Shown here piece by piece: positions 25,501 to 37,439 of a DNA stretch of 64,000 nt (its first letter is position 1; the number at the start of each line of letters is the position of its first letter). The DNA comes from Polymyxa betae A26-41. Its lineage: Eukaryota; Protista; Endomyxa: Phytomyxea. A program made the position numbers and the translations under genes. Below the pieces are notes generated by a model that saw nothing but the letters and a program-made list of their open reading frames with translations, did not search any database and had not been told where the DNA came from. The stretch spans positions 1-64,000 of the forward strand of contig RBZT01000729.1 of assembly GCA_003693705.1 (NCBI GenBank), in the 5' to 3' direction.

Positions 25501-25914
25501 TATCTGATCCATGGCATTACCGCTGCAACATTGGTTTCGTTATCAGCCTGCCTTCTCAAACATCAAGATGTGCTGAAGAATTATTTATACCTTTTTGTTC
25601 GCGATGATTTGCTGTCTTGGCATGCCACCAAAAAGACGGTACAAACGGATTCTGCCCAGCGAGCCCTCGAGTATGACGTTCGCTTGCAAATTTCCTCGAA
25701 TACTTTACAGGTTTGACCGGTGCCACTGCTTTGCATTCTTGCTTATCACTGTGAACAGATTCTTCGAGGCATTCAATCTTTTATGGCGACTTCAAAATCA
25801 GAAGGAGAAGAAGGTCATGAACCAATCAATGCTAAGGTAGCCCAACTGATCGAGCAAGCCATGTCCGAAGACAATCTCAGTAATCAGCTGCCTACATGGC
25901 ATCCTTGGTTCTAA
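10516..25914 (+). CDS. TRA1: TRRAP/Tra1 PIKK pseudokinase (SAGA/NuA4 scaffold), many introns
   Basis: RRELLINMRQ, LRPLAASILIDLV, LFGLKTVVWSIK, CLRPVLSNFAEYQKLSVPLL, RLPNEWEDLSFW, WTWLLWLPQLL, YPQALHYTVR, degenerate kinase motif IGDRSLHKIL, VPFRLTPNI and FATC end LPTWHPWF*. Confidence 0.93.
21614..21638 (+). repeat. Short telomere-like array (AAACCCT)n inside a TRRAP intron
   Basis: aaccccaaaccctaaaccctaaccc; related motifs at 13331, 19426, 19920 and 20773. Confidence 0.75.
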
Positions 25915-25994
25915 TTATTTATTTGATAAATCACTGTCAATATGTATCTCTATAAATCATTTAATCAAATGGTTATAGATGTTGTGAGTGCATT

Positions 25995-28405
25995 TCAACG
26001 AAGTAATGTGTTCGATCTGGCACTCCATATATCTGTCCATTCTTTTCCCGGACCTCTCTTAGCTGTAGAGAAAGGGGCTGGTGAGTAGTCTGACCTCAGC
26101 CCGAAGCGATGACGAGAATTCGTCCTTCTTGGATGATGACGAGGAACAGAAGATGATCTCTGCCCTTCTTCATCCCGTCCAGATTCATAAACAGCAATTA
26201 GCTCCTATATTATCGTTTTGGAAGCCATTTTTATGTAATTACAACTGTTTCGATACCTTCAAGGACCGACCACCAGGTGCTGCGACACCATTAGATATCG
26301 AATGAGCTAAACTTTGTGCAACAGAATATATTGAGCTAACAGATCCTGTAGGGCTTGAAGGTCTTGCATGAGCGATATCCGAATCAAGATCTCGCAGTAA
26401 GTCATCCCGAATTAACTTCTCCTTCTTAAAAACGTCATCGTCCCAAGCGTTGATTGCCTTAGGCTTCTCTATTTCTGTATCTTCATTGTCTGCCTTGAAA
26501 TAAGGTTTCGCCACAACTGAAAGAGAACCTTCAACTGCAATGTCCGGGTGTACAGATTTGCTGCGGTTAGTGCCCTGGAGTGGTAATTAGTCATATAATT
26601 ACCAGATATAACAGTTGCCACCGTATGATTGGAAGAATGATGAAGTTCACCTCTGTATCGTACATGACGCGACCAGGCTTCTAAGAACTGTATTGCACGT
26701 CAATTTTCCCTCCTCTGCGAATTTGTTCTGTGGCAGTACCTCAACAGGATCAAGTTCCGTCTGCTGTGTTTTTAAGAAATCCTCCAGCCAGTTGATTTTC
26801 AGCATTTGTTGGTTCAAGTCCACATTCTCTGCAAGAATAATGCTGATCTAACAACACGGTTAAGTCAACGCGAGTTAAGGAGTCCCTGTACCTTCTTGTC
26901 TGTCATCTGCTTTAACGTGTTGATAGCTGCTTCAGCTTTTCTTAAAATTTCTGCCTCTACTTCTTTAGCGTTCAAGTTTACAGCCTGAAGCCTCTTATTA
27001 AGTTTGTCTTTGCGTTCGATTATGGACGCCTGGGTTGAGTTTGAAATCATGGATTTGCCGTCAAGTTCAGAGCAATGAAACCTTTCTTTCAAGTAGGAAA
27101 GGGTCGTCTTTACTTGAAGCCATAATTGCTAGCTCATAAGCTTCTTTAATGACAGTTAGCTTGTGAGTGCTTGCTTCGCCAGAACAATGGCTTCCGACCA
27201 TTTTGCAGCTGATACAAACCGGTACCTGTAGGACTTTAAACTATTTCAAGCATCGAATGAATACGCAAACCTGGCATAAATGGCAGTAATATGTGAGCAT
27301 CTGTTCAGGATGATGACTGCACTTTCCGAAAGTAGTTATCGGTTTCTGGAAACAGTTTAGTTTTTCTTTTAACACATTCACTGATGGAGATATTACTTCA
27401 GCAATCGGGATTCTTTTATGCTTCGTTAGAAGTCGATTTCCTCCATGCATGGATCTGTCGCAGTGCTCACAGAGACTATTTTACAAAATCAGAGAATCGC
27501 CAAGAAATAAATCTCGGGCGCACCTGGCATTATCAGCCTGGCAATAGACAACCGCCCGCGATGATTCACAAGCATTGCAAAGTTCAGTCTATGACGTTGA
27601 TATAAGAACGACCTCAACAGATTGACCCATTTTACATTTCTGCCTTTTGATTGCTTGATTTCGCAAGATACAAAGTAAGTTGGAAGTATCAAATCAGAGT
27701 CTTTTAGCAGAAATTTCTGTTGATAAACGGATTCGGCAGTTGGCAGCTCTAAAACAATCAGCAAATCATGGTATGAGACAAGCTGTGATACCTTGTTCGG
27801 ACTTTGTATTAATCTTATCTGGATGAAGATAGATACAATCGTATCCATCGGGAACTACAAGTTCCGAATCGTGATGTGCAGCCTCATGTGCATCCATGAC
27901 ATAGGGAACCCCGATTGCCACCTGCCCATATGAAATTAAGCAGTGACATTTTGTATAGTTGATCGCAGAACCTGACAGAGGATAAATTGCTTCACATTTG
28001 AGTTGGTATAGTGTGGCAGATCGATCGAGCCATGATTGAACACAAAACCTTCATTCCCAATAGCAAACCCTTGATTAACCACACTGGATAATGAATTCTT
28101 TCCATCAAGATCGTCGACATTGACCCAGCATTCAATTACACAAAGTCCCCTGGTGCGCTTCTGGAACCGAAGATTCAAATGTGGATTGCTGACAGCCTTA
28201 ATATCCTCAATCTCTGCCCGATTGGCTGTTCCATGCAGGCACATTTGCAGAATGTATTCGACTCTAGCACGCTCCTAATATCATTAACAACCATAATCAA
28301 TCCGGCCACGAAAACCGCCACCTCACTATCAGCCGGTAGACCAGCTTGCTTGGCGAGATCGGTGGCGACCTCGCGATGACCGTGAGAGCCTTGTAATGAC
28401 TCCAT
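25995..28405 (-). CDS. B-box zinc-finger/coiled-coil protein with a possible N-terminal PARP-like domain, multi-exon
   Basis: CSHHPEQMLTYYCHLCQ|VPVCISCKMVGSH..H is a B-box2; a coiled coil follows; N-terminal IEDIKAVSNPHLNLRFQKR. Confidence 0.7.
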
Positions 28406-28676
28406 TCTGACCGAATTTGAAGATGGTGAAATGAATGGAACTTTAACTGGCTGTGATGACTATGAGACCAAAAGGAAACCCTAATGTGTTACCATACTGC
28501 AGTACAGATTCTATAAGAGGTAACCTTTATCACCATGACAATTTCATGGTATGAGGTGCTATAAGAATGGCAGGCTTTCAAACAATTGTATGCACTTTGG
28601 GTAAACAATAATATTAATATACTTTATGATTTAGATACGCAGAGCCGTCGTTTCATAATCGCTGCTAGCGATTGGT

Positions 28677-30051
28677 TCATAATGACTGACCTCTGTTTAC
28701 TGAGGCCCAGCTTTTAACACTGACGGAAAGAGCCAATGGGCATTGAGCTCGAACACACTTGATTCTGGCCATCTCTTCTAACTCAAGACTGTTCGTAATT
28801 ACAGTTAGAATGAGTTTGGTTAGTGGAGCTTGTATAGCCATTAAGACTTCAGAGGAGCCATTCCTTTGCCTGCAGATTCCTGGCGCGACGACTCGGAAGA
28901 AATCCTGGATGGTTTTTCGTGCTAAACCCCGCCTGCGGAAACACCGACGAACGTAGATTCCATTCAGCATAGCATATACTCCATAATTAGCATCCATCCG
29001 TACAGAATACGTACAGAATCCAGCTGCTGCGGTGCCATTCCATATTATTCTGGCACAGCCGTCCAGCTCTTCAACTTGTAAGGATCGTCGGCATTCCTCG
29101 AACTCTAGACGATTTTCCTTAATCGTTAGAGCGGATTCGATTTGTTCCTCAGAAGGTTGGAGCGGCGTCGGCAAGTTCGGTGAAGGATTATTGCATTCAT
29201 TTTCTTGATTGCTCCTATCGTCATCTACTACCTGCTGTTTATCCAACTTCTTGGCATTCTGTTGCCGTTCGCATTCTTGGGCGAAGTCGTCGTACGGCTT
29301 CAAAATTCTGAACAGAACAGCCAATGTGATTCGTGTTAATGTCAAACCAGAATCAACTTCAGTGACTGTTTCTGTCCTCTTTGGATCTCGCATCAGAAAC
29401 CACGACACAGGTCGCCACTGTCGTTGTACGTACAATGCTGTCAGCAATCCAGCATGTTCGAAGGTCATTCCATCGCCGTATTTAGGTTTGGCTTGCAGAC
29501 CCAATTGCCTTCCAGGGCAGTCTAAGTTCCCGCAATGCATGGCTGGAAGGAGCCATTCGGGCGTGGCAGAAATAACAAAGACCGGATAGACATGTGCATC
29601 AGATAAAAGCGTCGGAGGTGGTTGAGTAAGATGGTCACAGCACCAGCATTTTACTGGATCGTTGTTCATCCTTTCATCCTGCAACTTGAACAATTCCTGT
29701 TCACTTAGCCGATCGGCCATCCGCTCCAGGACTGCAGTCTGGATCTTCCCGATCACTTTAGGTGACAGAATCTCTTTCAACTCAACAACATCTGGACGGA
29801 TGGCATCGGCTAGTCGAAGCACATCGCTATCAACAACGGGTAAAGGACTACTGACAGAGTGTTCTTCGACAAATGACACAGAACTGGCATCATGCGATTG
29901 CACAAGAGACCCATTTTCATCGTCCTGGTACGAGCTTTGAGATTCAAGTTCACCCGTTGTGTTTGGCTTATTCCTGGTTGACCTCGTTATCGGTCCTGAT
30001 GCTTGCAGCATCATTGCGATGCAGAAGAACAACACTGAGAAGGCTGGACAT
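28677..30051 (-). CDS. FAM169-like GNAT-fold protein
   Basis: RIIWNGTAAAGFCTYS and GIYVRRCFRRRGLARKTIQDF (acetyl-CoA-binding R-x-x-G-x-A motif). Probable ATG at 30051 followed by a short first intron. Confidence 0.65.
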
Positions 30052-30518
30052 GCAGGAAACGTTAAAGTAGCGCGACCTCGTCAAAAGTGGGAAGAAAAGA
30101 AGAAAAACGGATTGAATAAAGAGGCCACGCTAGTTCAGAACAAATCAATGAAAGCAAGATGATTTCAACCGACGTCTTCAATTCTGGTGCTAATCTGATA
30201 TTGGCTATCTTGTATTAGTGTTAACAGCCAAACAGTGGATAATGCTTATCATCAATCACGTTGAATGCAACACTTGAGCAGCGTGCCATTTCGACCCTGG
30301 TACTGGTCGGATATTTCAAATCTTGCTGTGCGTATTCGAACAGGTCGGTAATGAAGGTCGCAGGTTTTGGCTGCTTCTGATATGACTCTTAGTAGCAGCT
30401 ATTCCTCCGCGCTTCCAGCATTTCGTAGCTCGAGCTTTAAGCGCACTGCGGACTCTGGCCTTTACTGATTCCTTTCTCTGCAAATCTCATATCCAGACGA
30501 CTGGCGAGACTGGCATTC

Positions 30519-31931
30519 ATGGATTATCACGATCGCCATCGTCATCGTCGGAGATATGATGATGACGAGCAACTTAATGGGCGACGACACCATGATGATT
30601 CACACCGGCGACGACGAAGTATTGAACGTGCAACGGCCATTGCCTTTTGTTAAAATCTCGCTCAGGGTCACATAGAAAACGCTCAGAAACTGTGTCGTCT
30701 TCGTCTGAATCGGATGAGGACCAAAAGGGGTTAATTGAGTTCAAAAAGGGCGAGAAAATCGACGACCGTTGTAAGAAAACCTTTGTAATTGAAGTACTTC
30801 GCTATAACTTATTTAGACGAGATCGTTCGTGTCGCTGGTCAAGGTACATTTGGGACAGTCCTTGAATGCCTTGATCATAAGCATGGAATGAGGAGGGTGG
30901 CCGTGAAAGCAGTTCGATCTGTAGAAAGGTATCTGGACGCTGCGGGCATTGAGATTGAGATTCTGCAAAAAATAGCTGAGAAAGATATCGACGGTTCGAG
31001 CCTATGTGTGCGGCTGTTATCTTGGTTTTCAGCCCGACATCATCGGCGGGAGCACATGTTTCTTGTATTCGAATACCTTGGCAGAGATCTGTATACATTC
31101 ATGAAACGAAATCGACATCAAGGCTTCTCTATCCAAAATGTTCGATCTTTCGCATTTCAACTGCTTAAAGCAGTTTCGTTCTGCCATTCACTCAAACTGT
31201 GTCATACTGATTTAAAGGTAATGGTACATCTACAAAGGAACCTCGAACTGATACTGAAACTTCTTTTGCAGCCTGAAAACATTCTTTTATGCTCTAACGA
31301 TTATACGGTATGCCCCGGATCTGGCTATCGATCGCCTGTTTCGACAGCCATTCGTTTGATCGATTTTGGAGGTGCTACGTTTGAACACGAAAGACACTCT
31401 CGTACCATTGCTACAAGACAATATCGGACACCAGAAGTGATATTTGGCTTACCCTGGTCTTATCCTTCCGATATCTGGTCTTTAGGCTGCATATTTGCAG
31501 AATTGATTTCTGGAAGCTTACTGTTCAATACGCACGAAGATTTGGAGCATCTTGCCTTAATGCAACACGTTCTTGGTAAAGAATTCCCCAAAGCGATGGT
31601 CAGTCGAGCATTAGAACGGTTTCGAGCTGGAAACCATTCTGCTGAGCAAGCATCACGGCAAAGGGGATCAAGGCGCGGACGATCAGACGAATCCGTTGCT
31701 ATAGACCTATTAAGTATGTCCAGATTGCAATTACGGTGGCCAGAAAGCGCTTCAAGTACTGAGAGCATAAAACATGTCACTTCCTATCCTGTTCTGGATG
31801 AGATTGTGCCTTATCCTCTACTTGCTGATCTTATCAGGAAAATGTTGCAGTTTGACCCAACTGAACGTCTTACGGCCAGGGAAGCTCTGCAGCATCCATT
31901 CTTCACTGTGATTGATATGTCAAGCAGTTAA
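30519..31931 (+). CDS. LAMMER/CLK dual-specificity kinase
   Basis: GQGTFGTV, VAVK, HTDLK|PENIL, LIDFGGATF, TRQYRTPE, EHLALMQHVLG (LAMMER motif variant), Arg/His/Asp-rich N-terminus. Confidence 0.92.
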
Positions 31932-32010
31932 TATAAATATATATCAATCCAGTGCGACTGTTTTCAAATGTAAATGAACCGATAACATTTAGCAGCAATC
32001 CATCAAGCAA

Positions 32011-32464
32011 TCAATTTTCTCGCCATAATTCTTTGACGGTGTTAATGAGGCCCGGTCCAGTTGTTGAAAGCTTTATCAGGCCCAAAGCTGAAACTCCACA
32101 AACTGCAAACCATGCTGCATTGGCCAGTGTCTGCCCTGCACGCGGAACATAGTCTTCGATAACGCTTTTCCCAGCAAATGCAGAATGAACCGGCATGGAG
32201 ACCGCTAATGCCAAATCAACAGGAACACTAAGAATGGATGGATTCACAGCAACAGCGACTGGAACCAGAACCGCCAATGCAGTACTAGAATGATGCAGAA
32301 TTTTAGGGGAGCTCAACGCCGACGCTGATGGAAAATCATCACATTGCCGATTACAGACTTTGCCTAAGCTTACCCTTTGACAGGATCGAAGCAGGAGCCG
32401 TTGTGCTGCTTGAGGCGAATCGGGCGGAGAACCTCAAAGCAACCTGACGGCTGTTGGATAACAT
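32011..32464 (-). CDS. SDH4: Succinate dehydrogenase small membrane anchor (CybS/SDHD)
   Basis: Mitochondrial-type presequence MLSNSRQVALRFSARFASS; VDLALAVSMPVHSAFAGKSVIEDYVP (conserved His and DY); GPGLINTVKELW. Confidence 0.85.
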
Positions 32465-32768
32465 GGCGAGGCAATGCCAGATAGAATCTCCTTTAAACCA
32501 CAACGAGATGAAAGCAGACCGACAAACGAAGTGGGTCCAGCACCGTGTGTTACGCTACGGCAGTGACCATCTTAACTCACTGCTCTGCGTCTACAAGACT
32601 TGTTTTGAAGCAATTTTATTGAAGTCATTCTAACAGTACGAAATCAATAAGACCTCTTCGAGCATAAAATTAGATATCTGAAGCGATCCGAAGACACTCT
32701 AATCAACGCTTAACATATCAATATGTGTTGTTCCGTAAAATTCAGTCGAAAAATGAAAGAGCGATGTT

Positions 32769-33241
32769 TTAGTTGGCACTAGTTTTCGGAAGATTGGGCC
32801 TAAGACCCTTGCCAGTGTGGTAGACAAAGTGTGAGCTTGACGCCTGCTTGCCAGGATTCAGTGCAAATACTCGATTTGTACGCTTCAAAGCGGTTAATAT
32901 TTTTTTCAGTTTTTGCCCCGAAGTTACAGAACAAAGCGGAGAGTGGGGATTTTCTTGCTGTTTCTGTTTGACAACCTCCATAAGCTTTGGAAACGTCACT
33001 GGAGCACTCTCGTTGACGACCTTATGATGATTTGTAATCACTTTCTTGATTCTAAAGAAATCACCCGGCATACCTTCAATAAAGCTTTACAAGCCGTCTC
33101 TGGACGTTCCTTGTTATATCGCTGTTGGCGACGTTCACGACAGGTCAGACCGACGTGAACCGAAACGGATTCGGCATCAACTGTAGCGGCAGTGAATAAC
33201 GACCTTAGTCGAATTGCTCGAGTAATGACAGCGCTGATCAT
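32769..33241 (-). CDS. Hypothetical small basic protein with a mitochondrial-type presequence, 2 exons
   Basis: MISAVITRAIRLRSLF...KALLK joins VVNESAPVTF... through a gtatgc...cataag intron. Confidence 0.55.
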
Positions 33242-33735
33242 TGCCAAATAACCAGATAAAGAGATTAGGCGGTCACTTGAAATGCCCGCAACTTTTGTAG
33301 ACTTTGTTGCAACTGCAGTTTTTGGACATTTTGGCAGCTGATGAAATGAATTCAAAACGTCGACTTTGATTTCGGGATGTGATCATTTTAAATCTAAAGA
33401 GGCAGGGCTGTATTGCAGCAGAAGTTCGGTTGGCTGCGCTAGGAATTGCTTTGATTTATTGAGATTGAAAGAGTTTGCATTCTGCCCACATTACCAAAGG
33501 GTATGTTAAAAGCTAATACAATGGTCTGTTTCGTTTCCTGCATTTCTACCAGTTCTCTGTGATCGAAGATTCCATTTTCAATCTCAAGTGGCATGCGAAT
33601 ATGATCTATATAAATCGGCTTCTCTGATATTCACGATCAGATTCTAACTGCGATATTATCAAACGACACGATTCCTTTGATTCGTTCTGAATCTGTCATC
33701 AAATTCATTTTTAATCTTGACTGATATCGACCATT

Positions 33736-36243
33736 ATGAATACTTTGGCTTTGGTTATCATCACTGTTTCCGCTCTGCTGTACGAAACTGATGCTGATAT
33801 CTATATGGTATGCTAAAGTTGTCTCAAGAGGCTCGTAATCTAATTCTGGTACAGCAAAATCCTCGAGGAAGCAATGACCGAAATCGAGAGCAGAATCAGA
33901 ATCGTAACAATGCTAATCGCCTATTTAACTCCCAGAATAACGCTAAGGGAGGATATGCTTGGGCTGGTAACCCTACTTTGCAAGGCACTCCTGATCCACT
34001 CATGTTCTATGCAAAATCGAAACTTCGCCTGGAATGGACTGTCCAGCATGGATGTGGCCCAAATGCTAACGCTGAATGCGATTTCATTATCCAGTATTTG
34101 GCTGTAGATGCAGCATCAAATGCTCTCAGAGATGGATATCCTACCGGACCCCTAACTACTCGAGCAGCTGGCTATCAGTACGCAACGTTCACCGATTCGA
34201 AACAGAATGCCGACGGAACGAACGAATTCCCGCTTCCACCTTCGTTTCCAGGAGCATCCGGAAACCAATTCAATGGCAACGACGCAGACTTCGGGACCTC
34301 AGTGAGTGCCGACCGCCTAGCCAGTAACCTCGACACGTTCTGCAACGGCGGCGCTGTCGGCAACCATAAAGGCATTGAATTCGGATCTCACGAATCGTGT
34401 GCGAGCTATCGTCGTTGTACGACAACGACCCGGAACAAAGGCCTATATACTGCCGATCGGGCTCTGGGAGGCGATAGTGCTCGATTCACACGACAGAATA
34501 ACAATGGGCAACGTTACGGCCTGGAGTGCCCTGAAGAGAGAGGTAACATAACATTTTGTTTCGTATTTATATACCTATCGAGGTAACATTACGAGTATTT
34601 CATAACACTAAAGCTTTGCTATTAACAGACTACTATCCATATTGGCGCCCAAGCGAATGGCGAGATATTGCAATCTTGACATCAAACTCCTCCTGGTGCG
34701 CATATGCCCAGCAAGAAAGCCAGAATCTCAAGTCGAAGTTCTATTGTCAGATGCCGACCGGGTCGACAGCCCTGGCTCCCATCACGAAAACTGGCTGTGA
34801 TAAAGTGCAGGGTACCTGGACTGAAGTCACATCTTGGGGTTTAACAGCGCCTGATTGTGTTATCCATGCAACCTCTCGTGATAATCATCTTGGGAATACA
34901 GCAGTTGATAATTTCGGTGGCCATGTTCAGCCAACAACAGCTCATTATGATTGGACTATTCCAGAATCATTAAAAGGCAAACGTGTATGTCCTAATACTC
35001 AACTAATCGCCTGTGTAAATCAGATGTTGTTAGGTGGTGTTGAGATTCCGATACAATATGTCTGCATCGACGTATGAATCCCATTCTGATTATATGCCGA
35101 ATCCAGGACGAATGACCGATGCGTCGCTGAACTGCCAAGCCGGGCAGACCGGTTTAAATGGTGGCGCTCAATGTGGAAATGATCTGATGAGGGACGGCCC
35201 TGTTGCCCTTTATAACAATCCTTACGTAAAGCTCTGGAGCGGTCAGGACGATGTAAGATTTCCTCTGAAATGGCTTCCTTTTTCGTCGAAGTGACATTCC
35301 GGAGGTGTACCTAGCCCTGGCGGTTAATACGGCGCAAGTCGGGCGAACGTTTCAGGATAGATCGTTCGTTTTCCAGGTCCGAAGTGAATCCGCTAGCTGT
35401 CCTGGACAGGTGTATAACCTCAACATTCGAGGAAAACGAGGAAATATCGTGCAAACATATCGTAACAGCGTAATCTGATTATGAAATACCACACTAATTC
35501 GTCATTACCAGCTGCAACTGAGTATGATTTTGTGCCGAGTATGTTAGAAATGGGAACCCAGGATTGCATTGATTTTCAGTGGGCTGGTTCCGATTTTAAT
35601 GCACAAAATCAAGACGGTGGGTTTTAATGCTGGTTTTGCCCGTAAAATCTCAGAATTTGTGGATATAGGTGAAGGCGCAGATCAGACCGATCGTCATAAC
35701 TTCGTAGAAGTTCGTTCTTCAAGTTTAGACCCGAATAGCCCCGACTATTTCCATCTGATTCCACAGGCCGGCCCACGAGTGACAATGTTTTCGCAAGATG
35801 ACGCTAAGATGCTCGCCTATGCCAATCAAACGCTTAGTGCATGTGCCGCTTTGACCGCTGATGACAACAACAACGATGATCGTGCAGATAACTGTGCTAA
35901 ATTAAACGCTGCCCCGAACGTCTATCGTCATCCGACGTTGTTGACATTCTCGTCTGGGGCTTATGCGGCAATATCCACCAGGAACAATAACTTCTCGAAC
36001 CGTCAACAAAAGTTCCATCTGATCGTATCAAGTTCTGTCAACACGGGCATCTATATTGCCATTGGTGTTGTCAGCGCTATTGCTGTTGCTGGAGTTGCTG
36101 CTTGTTGCGTTGCCCGCCGTAATCCCAAGAGCAATTTTGGACGAGCTGTCAATGCAATTTTCATGGGCCGCCGAGCTTTCAAAGACACTTATGTTGATGT
36201 TGAAGCACGTCCCCTACCTGGAGAAACTCAAGCTCAGCCATAA
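33736..36243 (+). CDS. DD3-3-like secreted/type I membrane protein
   Basis: Signal peptide; DIYM|[86 protein letters not shown]; C-terminal TM helix. Confidence 0.85.
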
Positions 36244-36434
36244 TTTATCCATGTTTGCGATGCCAGCGTTCCATTTCATGTTTCAATCATTGACAATAAA
36301 TTGTCCCTCAGTTTTGTTGTTGGCAAGGTACCATTGGAAGTGGATGGAAGGAAAGCACATCTCAGCATGACTCATTCGAATGATTCAAGCGACAACGTGA
36401 TGGTTTCGTTCATGGTATCGGAATTATTGTTATA

Positions 36435-36689
36435 ATGAGCTGGAAGATAATATATTTGGGGGCTATTTTATTTATCGGGTGCGTATTACAGACGAAATCT
36501 GCTGTATTCCCAATTAAATCCGGCAGCAAGATCGACTGCGACAGACTATCGTGGACGACATGCTCCGGTGCCACCTATGATCAGTGTAAATGCTGGGAGC
36601 ATTCGAAGATCCCTTGTAAGTGGGACCACAAGGTCAAGCAGTGTGTCATTCGGAGGCCAAGACCTCAACGAAGCCTTGCCCACATCTGA
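36435..36689 (+). CDS. Small secreted cysteine-rich protein (candidate effector)
   Basis: 84 aa, intronless, hydrophobic signal peptide, 6 Cys in the mature region. Confidence 0.65.
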   Translation: MSWKIIYLGAILFIGCVLQTKSAVFPIKSGSKIDCDRLSWTTCSGATYDQCKCWEHSKIPCKWDHKVKQCVIRRPRPQRSLAHI

Positions 36690-36931
36690 GATTAAGTACA
36701 AGGCTTAATAAAGAAGTGAACGATCCATCTGTACTGTTGCCACTACTGCAACGAAGTTGTTTCAAACCGGTTGGAAGCTGGGTTTTGCTCGCATCCGTCG
36801 CGATTACTTCATGTCTAAAACTCCAGATTTAAGGCCGAAATCTGTAATTTCTATAACAGCAAACCTCTCAGTCATTGATAAAATTATAGGCTCCGCAAAG
36901 GAGGGTTAGATGTAAGTCGTCAGAACCCTCA

Positions 36932-37387
36932 ATGCGTGACATTCTTCGGGGAACAGCGATTGCCGAAAAGCCATCGAACAAGCAAACTGTAGAGCAGAGC
37001 GTTGGCACTATTAAACGTCCAGTAATAGCTCCAGGCGATCGCGCCGGAATTTGTCAATACACGATAGAGAGAAAAGGCATCGCTGTCATTAGACTAGAAG
37101 CAGTGCCGCCTATGCAATGGCAGTTGCAGCGTCAAAAGCAGTTCATCTCCATGTCAACATTTCCATCTGAGACTGATCGGAATGAAGGTGAAGTTAACCA
37201 GGCACCAAAGCCAAAGGAGTTTGCGTCTCGCGTCCACTGGATCCAGATGCAGCAGAGACGAAGATGCCAGAAGCAGACCCAGCGACCGAAAACAACCCCT
37301 TCGAAAAGACCGGCAGCGCGACATAAAGACTTCATCGAACGATTTTCAGAACAGTTAATGACCCCAAGAATGCTATTTTCTAAATAA
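36932..37387 (+). CDS. Hypothetical basic protein
   Basis: 151-aa ATG-initiated ORF filling an otherwise empty gap; no recognisable motif. Confidence 0.4.
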   Translation: MRDILRGTAIAEKPSNKQTVEQSVGTIKRPVIAPGDRAGICQYTIERKGIAVIRLEAVPPMQWQLQRQKQFISMSTFPSETDRNEGEVNQAPKPKEFASRVHWIQMQQRRRCQKQTQRPKTTPSKRPAARHKDFIERFSEQLMTPRMLFSK

Positions 37388-37439
37388 TCGACTGTCTTTG
37401 AAATCAGAATATGGTAATTACGCGCAATCCTGGTCTAGA

